Assembly: GCA_048884785.1 (NCBI GenBank)
Contig: JBHLQM010000046.1
Coordinates: 18,932 to 28,993, forward strand
Reading direction: 5' to 3'
DNA from: Candidatus Thorarchaeota archaeon
GTDB lineage: Archaea; Asgardarchaeota; Thorarchaeia; Thorarchaeales; Thorarchaeaceae
Length of the DNA: 10,062 nucleotides
The notes below the pieces were generated by a model. It saw nothing but the letters and a program-made list of their open reading frames with translations. It searched no databases and was not told the origin of the DNA. This document shows, one piece after another, positions 1-6,073 of the stretch (position 1 is its first letter; each line of letters begins with the position of its first letter). The position numbers and the translations under genes were made by a program.

Positions 1-174
1 GAGCGGTGTTATTGGCACCATAAGCCCAATGACGACTAATCCGAGGCCAATCATATGATTACGCCTTGCCATATTTGCTGATTCTCTATAGCCTATCAAT
101 AGCAAAATGACACCTATGAGAAATCCAAGCACTAGCAAAGATGGAATATTCACTGCAAACATTAAATCCTGCAT
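1..174 (-). CDS. Small hydrophobic membrane protein, 5' part only (runs off the window edge)
   Basis: Not in the ORF track. Translated by hand from ATG at 174: MQDLMFAVNIPSLLVLGFLIGVILLLIGYRESANMARRNHMIGLGLVVIGLMVPITPL..., open to position 1. Two hydrophobic segments are separated by a basic loop, and AAGGAG lies ~9 nt upstream. Confidence 0.75.
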   Translation of the reverse strand, partial: MQDLMFAVNIPSLLVLGFLIGVILLLIGYRESANMARRNHMIGLGLVVIGLMVPITPL

Positions 175-314
175 TTTAGGAGGCTCCTTTGCATGAGTTG
201 CAGCCCAATTCTCAAATGACTAATTAAGTATTTTGTGAGAATCATTGAGCCTGTTCTTGATCTTATCTTTGCATCTGGGAGTAGTTATATGTAGGCTCAT
301 CCCTAGAGTATCTG

Positions 315-776
315 GTGGAAAGCATGACGAAAGCTATAGTTGTATATTATAGTAGGTTCGGCAATACAGAGAAGATTGCAAAAGCTTTGGCGGCGGGTCT
401 ACAGAGCAGGGAAGTTGAAACGGAAATACGCAGAGTTGAGGAAGTCAAGGTTGACGAGATAGGGGAGTTCAATCTGATGTGTGTAGGAACTCCTACCCAT
501 GCATGGAATATATCGAAGCCCGTAAAGGAGTTCGTTGGGCATCTGCAAAATCTTGGCAGTGGAGGTGGAAAGAAAGCGTTTGTGTTTGATACCAAATTCA
601 AAAGCAGATTGGCAGGGTCGGCTGGTAGAAAGCTTGAGAAGAAACTGAAGGACATGGGCTTTCTCATAGCAAGACCGGCTGAATCGGCCATTGTACTGGG
701 AACAGAGGGACCCCTCGAAGAGAATGCAGAAGCAACTTTTATGGAAATAGGCAAGGATCTATCCAGTTTGATTTAG
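315..776 (+). CDS. Flavodoxin / flavodoxin-like FMN-binding protein
   Basis: FMN phosphate-binding loop YYSRFGNTEKIA, second flavin loop VGTPTHAW, AFVFDT strand, 153 aa. The true start may be ATG 324 (GGTGGA upstream). TTATAT at 285-290 is a candidate TATA box. Confidence 0.9.
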   Translation: MESMTKAIVVYYSRFGNTEKIAKALAAGLQSREVETEIRRVEEVKVDEIGEFNLMCVGTPTHAWNISKPVKEFVGHLQNLGSGGGKKAFVFDTKFKSRLAGSAGRKLEKKLKDMGFLIARPAESAIVLGTEGPLEENAEATFMEIGKDLSSLI

Positions 777-881
777 CATGTATACTCAGCCTATGAGGAA
801 GATTCAGGCTGCCTATAAGTTGGCATAGGGATGCTTGGTTAATTGCTAAGGAAATTATTAGTTCGAAATTTCCTCCATATT

Positions 882-907
882 AAAAAAGGCGGAGGCACTG
901 AGCCTCC
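882..907 (-). terminator. Probable terminator of the 149-aa membrane gene
   Basis: Minus strand reads GGAGGC-TCAGT-GCCTCC, then GCC and TTTTTT. It lies ~60 nt after the stop, in a convergent intergenic region. Confidence 0.55.
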
Positions 908-966
908 TTAGTCTTCTCACATTCATTGTCTTATTGGCAATACACTTGAGAAAATTTAGAAGTTGA

Positions 967-1416
967 TTACATGATTACTCCAATAATCACGATAGCATAG
1001 AAGAGGATGGTTCCCACCGTTTCCAATGGCATCAGCCGTTTCCGAATCTGCAAGAACTCTGGTGTGGGAGTTCCGCCCGCTTTTGGAGCAAGTGTTAGGT
1101 ACTTGGGTTCATACACTTTATCGATAAGGATGCCCACAATCCAAAGCGCCACTACAAGAATATGCTTTACTAGCAGTGACGATCCTTCGGGATATCCGAT
1201 TAGGAAAAAACCAATTCCAGAGACTGTTAACAGCACTAGTCCTAGAGGAATTAGCGGGGCAATAGGTCCGGCGACCATAGCGTATGTAGGCGTAAATTCA
1301 TTGTTTCGATAGCTTTTCATGAACAATACAAATTTCACGGAAGCGCCACCGACTCCTAATGCGATGCCAATCATATGTATCAGGGTTATTAATTGCCATA
1401 GGTCCAATATTATCAC
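967..1416 (-). CDS. Four-helix membrane protein, DUF2269/CopD/HemJ-like architecture, function unknown
   Basis: Four hydrophobic segments, with His in TM1 (LIHMIGIALGVGG) and LLVKH in TM3. The likely start is TTG 1407, with AGGTGA 5 nt upstream. Confidence 0.7.
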   Translation of the reverse strand: MIILDLWQLITLIHMIGIALGVGGASVKFVLFMKSYRNNEFTPTYAMVAGPIAPLIPLGLVLLTVSGIGFFLIGYPEGSSLLVKHILVVALWIVGILIDKVYEPKYLTLAPKAGGTPTPEFLQIRKRLMPLETVGTILFYAIVIIGVIM

Positions 1417-1432
1417 CTTTTCTTAGAAATAT

Positions 1433-1547
1433 AGGTCACTTGTGCATACTGTACACTCAGTCTGCAGCAATTGAAACACGCCGTCCTTAGAGACTTGGCG
1501 TTTTCGAAGCTCAAAATACAGAAAGCGCACACAGTGTTGCGTGACCT
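1433..1547. repeat. Long imperfect nested inverted repeat (~115 nt)
   Basis: Colinear arms: AGGTCAC(1433-39)/GTGACCT(1541-47), TGTGC(1441-45)/GCACA(1527-31), CTGTA(1449-53)/TACAG(1517-21), AGC(1466-68)/GCT(1509-11), TTGAAA(1471-76)/TTTCGA(1502-07), ACGCC(1478-82)/GGCGT(1497-1501), GTC(1483-85)/GAC(1492-94). Loop is CTTAGA. Confidence 0.5.
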
Positions 1548-1683
1548 TCTTGAACGTGCCGTAACTTCTCTTATTAAACAACTATCTAATGTTAAGTATA
1601 GTCGGCTTTTTGATATAGTGCTCCATCACAGGGGCGGCTCAAAGCAACTCAAAGATGCAAAAGCGAAACTCTTGGATCCCCGG

Positions 1684-1726
1684 GATATTACTGACTCGCT
1701 TGGTGTCAGGAATCTGAGAACGATGA
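1684..1726 (-). repeat. 43-bp direct repeat, copy 1 (hairpin-forming)
   Basis: + strand GATATTACTGACTCGCTTGGTGTCAGGAATCTGAGAACGATGA; 39/43 identical to 2691-2733. Confidence 0.9.
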
Positions 1727-1741
1727 GAGTGTTTAGAAGAA

Positions 1742-2572
1742 TCATATTTCATCTGTATATGGGCTATCCTCTATTCTCCTAATACTCAGCTCAAATTCTG
1801 TTTTGAATCCGAATCTTTCAGCAAATCCGAGAATGTAACTCCGCCTCTTTCCTTCAGTTGCGCCTACAAGAATTATTGCTGGAACCACCCATAGAGTGAC
1901 AATAATTGGCAAGGTAAACAGGAATAGAAGTGCGGACCAATGCACCTGACTACCGTATGTACCGAGAAAGTCGAAAGCGAATTGATACAAGGCTATTAAA
2001 ACACCAATTCCTGCATAGCCTTTCAATAGTGCCAAATACCACTTACCTGTTGCTTGAAGTTCAATCGAACCATACTTACTCATCATTACAATCCCTGATT
2101 CATCGATTATCCAAGCAGCGGAAAAGAGAGCAAACGCGGGGGCTTGTAGCAAGGCACCTAGAGCAAAGAACAGAAAAATGATACTATTCCACTGAAGATA
2201 GTAATCTTGGAATATTGGTAGATTCATAATAGTTGGATTGAATATTAGGCTGAGCGTAAAGTTCGTCGCCATCAATGCTGGGAAGAACCCCATTAGCACA
2301 CCATGTGACTTCTCCATTGTGCCCTGATCTTGTATTGCAAATAGATTATTCCTCCCCATGTACTTCTTGTAGACCCAAAGGAATAGGGGAGCCAGAACAA
2401 ACCCAATCAAGGTTCCAATAATGGCGGCTACAGGAAACAGCAGCACCACCCAACCCGCTGCACTCGTCACACTGAGTACGATAATAAAAGGAATAATAGC
2501 AAGTATGGATACTATAGCAGGTCTTGTATATTTCATATCATTTACCACAGCAAATCCTTGTAAACCTCGCAC
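1742..2572 (-). CDS. Uncharacterised multi-pass membrane protein (~6-7 TM)
   Basis: 276-aa ORF with multiple hydrophobic helices and motif-like segments (GFFPALM, WIIDESGIV, GKWYLALLKGYAGI). The likely start is ATG 2536 (GTGGT upstream). Confidence 0.8.
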   Translation of the reverse strand: MRGLQGFAVVNDMKYTRPAIVSILAIIPFIIVLSVTSAAGWVVLLFPVAAIIGTLIGFVLAPLFLWVYKKYMGRNNLFAIQDQGTMEKSHGVLMGFFPALMATNFTLSLIFNPTIMNLPIFQDYYLQWNSIIFLFFALGALLQAPAFALFSAAWIIDESGIVMMSKYGSIELQATGKWYLALLKGYAGIGVLIALYQFAFDFLGTYGSQVHWSALLFLFTLPIIVTLWVVPAIILVGATEGKRRSYILGFAERFGFKTEFELSIRRIEDSPYTDEI

Positions 2573-2574
2573 CT

Positions 2575-2610
2575 GTTAGCTGCACCTTATATTTGTGCTG
2601 AATATCTAAC
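2575..2610 (-). promoter_or_regulatory. Candidate TATA box enclosed in an inverted repeat, upstream of the 276-aa gene
   Basis: Minus strand GTTAG-ATATTCA-GCAC-AAATATAAG-GTGC-AG-CTAAC. The arms GTTAG/CTAAC and GCAC/GTGC flank AAATATAA. Confidence 0.4.
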
Positions 2611-2690
2611 CCAGTTCTGCTTTAATCTCTCACAATTATGACTACACTTCTTTTCTTTCTGCCTGTGTCGACATACCTGTGAGCCTCAGT

Positions 2691-2733
2691 GATATTACCG
2701 ACTCGCTTGGTGCCAGGACTCTGAGAAAGATGA
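2691..2733 (-). repeat. 43-bp direct repeat, copy 2 (hairpin-forming)
   Basis: + strand GATATTACCGACTCGCTTGGTGCCAGGACTCTGAGAAAGATGA; starts 1007 bp after copy 1. Confidence 0.9.
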
Positions 2734-2795
2734 TTACAGAAAAAATAAGTGAGCTGACTCGTCCTATCGAGGAAACGGAAGTTAGTGAAAAGTGA

Positions 2796-2822
2796 GCAGA
2801 GGAGGTGCACACCTCCTCTTGC
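2796..2822 (-). terminator. Strong hairpin just after the ahcY stop (terminator or 3' stabiliser)
   Basis: Perfect inverted repeat AGAGGAGGTG(2798-2807)-CA-CACCTCCTCT(2810-2819), ~10 nt after TAG. On the minus strand it is followed by the pyrimidine-rich CTCACTTTTCACT. Confidence 0.7.
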
Positions 2823-2829
2823 ATTTATC

Positions 2830-4098
2830 CTATGTTCCTTCAGCATAAGCCCTTGCATATGCTTCCTGTTCTGGAGTCCATTTGTCAATCTTAATGCCCA
2901 TAGTTTCCAGTTTTGCCATAGCTGTCTGCTTGTCAAGCTCCTCAGGAAATTCGTACACGGCTGGTTTGAGACCCTTTCCATTCTTTGCCATCCAGATCAT
3001 TGCATTGAGCTGGCCCGCGAACGATAGGTCCATCACTTCAGACGGATGCCCCTCAGCGGCGGTCAAGTTCACAAGCCTACCTTCACCAATTAAGTAGAGT
3101 CTACGACCATCCTTCAACTGATACTCATCCAATGCATGTCTGACACGTTTCTTTGGACCCTTGGTCTGTGCAATAAGCTCTGGTTCATTGATCTCAACGT
3201 TATAGTGTCCGGCATTACCAAACATGGCACCATCTTTCATGACTTTGAAGTGCTTGCCTCTAATGATGTCCTTCATCCCGGTCGCTGTCAGGAACAAATC
3301 ACCCTCAGACGCTGCCTCGTCCATAGGCATGACACGGAATCCATCCATTCTTGCTTGCAGACCTCGAACTGGGTCCACTTCCGTGACAATGACATTTGCA
3401 CCAAGACCGCGTGCTCGATCAGCCATACCGCGACCGCAGTATCCGTATCCACCAATTACCACAGTCTTCCCAGCAATCAGGATTGCTGAGGCGCGCATCA
3501 CTCCATCAAACACGCTCTGTCCAGTACCATATACGTTGTCGAACATGTGCTTTGTATCTGCATCATTTACAGCCATGATTGGATACTTCAGCGCTCCATC
3601 TTCAGCCATCGCTCGAACTCGGATGACTCCAGTTGTAGTCTCCTCAGAACCACCATAGAGGTTGGGAATAAGATCCTGGTGTTTCTTGTGCAAAGTGAAG
3701 ATTAAATCAGCCCCATCATCCAGCGTAAGTGTTGGTTTCGTCTTGAGGGTCTGCTCAATACACCAGTAATACTCCTCAGTATTCAGATTGTGCCATGCAT
3801 AGACAGGCACATCATTTGCTGCAAGACCTGCAGCCACCTTGTCATTAGTGGAGAGAGGATTACAACCGGACCATGCTACCTCAGCACCAGCCGCTCGTAG
3901 TGTTTCTACAAGAACTGCGGTTTCCTTTGTTACATGTAGACAACCCGCAATCCTCATGCCTTTCAGAGGCTTGGACACTGAGTATTTCTTTCTGAGATGC
4001 ATGAGCACAGGCATATGCTTCTCTGCATACTCGATTAACATCCTGCCTTCTTCAGCAAGACCAATGTCTTTGACTTTGTAATCAGCCATTTTTACCAC
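2830..4098 (-). CDS. ahcY: Adenosylhomocysteinase (S-adenosyl-L-homocysteine hydrolase)
   Basis: Hallmark motifs GCLHVTKET, SGCNPLST, LDDGADL, EETTTG, KHMFDNVYGTGQS, Rossmann GYGYCGRG, NAGH, GRLVNL and GHPSEVMDLSF. Short archaeal form. The likely start is ATG 4089. Confidence 0.98.
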   Translation of the reverse strand: MVKMADYKVKDIGLAEEGRMLIEYAEKHMPVLMHLRKKYSVSKPLKGMRIAGCLHVTKETAVLVETLRAAGAEVAWSGCNPLSTNDKVAAGLAANDVPVYAWHNLNTEEYYWCIEQTLKTKPTLTLDDGADLIFTLHKKHQDLIPNLYGGSEETTTGVIRVRAMAEDGALKYPIMAVNDADTKHMFDNVYGTGQSVFDGVMRASAILIAGKTVVIGGYGYCGRGMADRARGLGANVIVTEVDPVRGLQARMDGFRVMPMDEAASEGDLFLTATGMKDIIRGKHFKVMKDGAMFGNAGHYNVEINEPELIAQTKGPKKRVRHALDEYQLKDGRRLYLIGEGRLVNLTAAEGHPSEVMDLSFAGQLNAMIWMAKNGKGLKPAVYEFPEELDKQTAMAKLETMGIKIDKWTPEQEAYARAYAEGT

Positions 4099-4191
4099 GA
4101 ATAGAATCGGGAGATAGTTTTATTTGAATCCTCCATCGCAGCATCAAATAGTTTGCACTATAATTTCTGATAATCGTGCAATCTATTACAA
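4099..4191. promoter_or_regulatory. Divergent promoter region between ahcY and the Lrp/AsnC regulator
   Basis: AT-rich spacer with AAATAAAA on the minus strand (~4125-4118, ~30 nt before ATG 4089) and CTATAATT on the plus strand (~4158-4165). Confidence 0.5.
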
Positions 4192-5148
4192 TTGTCCGGA
4201 ATGATGAATGTTATGCAGTCTATGAGTGATAGCGAGAAATTGCTTCTAGATGCCCTTATTCGCAATTCACGTACGCCCGTAGCTGACATTGGAGAGGAAA
4301 TTGGGAAGGGGAGAAATTGGGTTTCTCGTGCAATCAAGAAGTTGGTTAGAGAAGAAGTCATTCGAGCCTATGTGACAGTACTGGATCCTGCACAGGTGTA
4401 CGCAGAACGCAATACAATCCTTATCATCAAGACGAATCCTAGAGAGATTGGAGTAAGTAAAGCACTACTTGCAATGGGAGAGCTTGAGTCACTTGATGGT
4501 ATATCTGGAGAACACTCACTCTTGGGACTCTTCAGATTCAGAGGGACAGGTGCATTTCAAGACTTCTTGGATAAGATTGATGATGCGGTAGCCAAATCAG
4601 GTTCAGGTGAGTATCAGTTTGTTCAGGTTTTGGCGACCTACAAGACACAGGGATTCAGAATTAAGAAACACAGTGAACGGAAGAAGGTGATTTCTCCAAA
4701 GGATTGGGAACTCATCAGTGTTCTATCCAGACAACAGCCAGATGAGAATAAACCGTTCCCGCTTACTCAAGGCGAGATTGGAAAGAAAATGAAACCGCCA
4801 CTCAGTCAACCTGCAATATCAAAGGCCATGAACAGATTGGAAGAGAGAGAAGCAATTGTTGGGTATACCATTGAACCAGATTTCAAACAGTTTGGGCTAC
4901 CCATCAAGTTTTTCCTGCAAATCAAGACAAGTGCCGGGAAGATTTCTGAAACTGCCAATCAAATTAGCTCATTCCCGCAGGTATGGGACCTCCACAGAAC
5001 AGGCGCTGACTATAGTCTCTTTGCAACAGTTCGCACGACATCTGTTGAAGATTATAATACATTCATGAGGCTGCTTTATAGAAATGAGAATGTGATAGAC
5101 ACACATTCTCTCATCTCTCTCGAAGAATGGTTCGTTCCAGTCAGGTAA
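4192..5148 (+). CDS. Lrp/AsnC-family transcriptional regulator with two HTH+RAM modules in tandem
   Basis: Module 1: LLDALIRNSRTPVADIGEEIG...IKKLVREEVIRAY...ISGEHSLL. Module 2: KDWELISVL...ISKAMNRLEEREAIVGY...LHRTGADYSLFATV...DTHSLISL. About twice the normal Lrp length. Start uncertain (TTG 4192 or a downstream ATG). Confidence 0.9.
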   Translation: MSGMMNVMQSMSDSEKLLLDALIRNSRTPVADIGEEIGKGRNWVSRAIKKLVREEVIRAYVTVLDPAQVYAERNTILIIKTNPREIGVSKALLAMGELESLDGISGEHSLLGLFRFRGTGAFQDFLDKIDDAVAKSGSGEYQFVQVLATYKTQGFRIKKHSERKKVISPKDWELISVLSRQQPDENKPFPLTQGEIGKKMKPPLSQPAISKAMNRLEEREAIVGYTIEPDFKQFGLPIKFFLQIKTSAGKISETANQISSFPQVWDLHRTGADYSLFATVRTTSVEDYNTFMRLLYRNENVIDTHSLISLEEWFVPVR

Positions 5149-5218
5149 TCGCCAATCCCTGTTCATGGCAGGCAATAGAAAACTTGGAGTGGTCAAGACA
5201 ATGCGACTTGTCAATGAT

Positions 5219-5692
5219 TCATGTTGATTTCGTTAGAACGGTTTCACCATATGACTCAAAATCCTCGCCTTCTTTAGCAGATTCAAGTCCAAGATGAATC
5301 TCGGTATCTGATACCTTTCGAATGTATGACCGCCATCTCATTCCATCAAACGCCTGAGGGACTGGCTCAGATATGACTTCAAACCAAATCTCATTCTCAG
5401 TTCGCATGTATTCAACTTCATTATTCACAAATCCGTACGAGAAGAATGTCTTTCGACGTATCTTTTCATTCCGGAGATCATAGAACATCAAACTCATACT
5501 GGCATTCTCAAGCTTACCATTTCGATATGAGTCATGTTTCCCCATGATGTATTTGCCTAGCTCCATTGAATAACTTGCAGTAGCAACTACTTCCCCCTCA
5601 TCACCAAACTGGTCCATAGAACCACCTTTCCACTTGCCAATTAAAAAGTGCCAGTCGGAGAGATAGTCGTCTTTGGTCATAGGGGAACCCAT
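5219..5692 (-). CDS. DUF1579/THAP4(nitrobindin)-like beta-barrel protein, function unknown
   Basis: N-terminal WHFLIGKWKG motif typical of calycin-like barrels, followed by alternating beta-strand patterns; 157 aa. Confidence 0.6.
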   Translation of the reverse strand: MGSPMTKDDYLSDWHFLIGKWKGGSMDQFGDEGEVVATASYSMELGKYIMGKHDSYRNGKLENASMSLMFYDLRNEKIRRKTFFSYGFVNNEVEYMRTENEIWFEVISEPVPQAFDGMRWRSYIRKVSDTEIHLGLESAKEGEDFESYGETVLTKST

Positions 5693-5722
5693 GTTTGATT
5701 GTCTGAAGAACTTGTCGGAGTG

Positions 5723-5762
5723 TATAAAAAAAGGGCATCCCGGTGATAACGCGGGACGCCCT
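5723..5762 (-). terminator. Hairpin + T7 terminator of the ABC operon, overlapping a TATA-like box for the next gene
   Basis: Minus strand AGGGCGTCCCG-CGTTATCAC-CGGGATGCCC-TTTTTTT-ATA: a 10-bp stem with one G-U pair, which would be an A-C mismatch on the + strand. Confidence 0.8.
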
Positions 5763-5782
5763 GGATAATGAGGAGATAGAGA

Positions 5783-6073
5783 TTACCTACGTAGAATGAG
5801 CGTCAGCTGGCACCCGATGATAGAATCGATTCCATGAGTCCGCACGATGTTTCTGGCCGCATCAAGATCGGTACAGTAGAGTGGACTGCGCATATCTTGT
5901 AGATTTGGAATCCTCCTGACCAAACCTTTTCGCCTGAGATTCTTGATGGCGAAATTTACAGTCCGAATGGGAACTTTCGACCATCTACTAATGTCCTTTG
6001 GACTCATTGGTCCTCTGGCGACTAAGCTCTGAAGCACAGATAATGCACTTGCAGGCAATTCAACACCCATCAT
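5783..6073 (-). CDS. Winged helix-turn-helix transcriptional regulator (archaeal MarR/ArsR-like)
   Basis: LPASALSVL...GPMSPKDI...IRTVNFAIKNL...GLV...PNLQDMRSPLY, with a MarR-type DxR wing. ATGA overlap with the upstream stop. Confidence 0.85.
   Translation of the reverse strand: MMGVELPASALSVLQSLVARGPMSPKDISRWSKVPIRTVNFAIKNLRRKGLVRRIPNLQDMRSPLYCTDLDAARNIVRTHGIDSIIGCQLTLILRR

Noticed and set aside
208-952. TTCTCA...TGAGAA inverted pairs at 209-241 and 914-952, and AGGAAATT/AATTTCCT at 849-874
   Set aside because: Short AT-rich arms with unequal spacers (21 vs 27 nt); not distinguishable from chance without genome-wide statistics.
1661-1701. Pseudoknot between loop AAGCGA and downstream UCGCUU in copy 1
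   Set aside because: A 6-bp pairing is possible in copy 1, but there is no equivalent partner near copy 2.
1677-1744. SECIS element / selenocysteine read-through of the 276-aa gene's TGA
   Set aside because: The TGA is followed by TTC TTC TAA, there is no redox motif, the hairpin lacks SECIS core geometry, and ahcY ends in TAG.
2575-2610. Integron attC site
   Set aside because: GTTAG...CTAAC is the reverse order of attC (RYYYAAC...GTTRRRY), it is too short, and no integrase is present.
1684-2733. The 43-bp repeats as a CRISPR array
   Set aside because: Only two copies, 1 kb apart with a whole gene between them, and no cas genes.
2688-2757. C/D-box sRNA on the + strand (CTGA-GAA-(C/A)GATGA resembles a D'/C' K-loop)
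   Set aside because: No proper C box (RTGATGA) or D box at guide-length spacing in both copies, and the wobble pattern favours the minus strand.
2754-2761. CTGACTCG as a third partial repeat copy
   Set aside because: Only 8 nt match and the flanks do not align.
2622-2981. ORFs 2622-2981(-), 2642-2824(-) and 2785-3027(+)
   Set aside because: They overlap ahcY and/or its terminator and the repeat, and have no recognisable motifs. The repeat substitutions are mostly non-synonymous in the frames checked.
4099-4191. SAH or SAM riboswitch upstream of ahcY
   Set aside because: The spacer is short and AT-rich with TATA-like boxes close to both starts, and has no riboswitch consensus.
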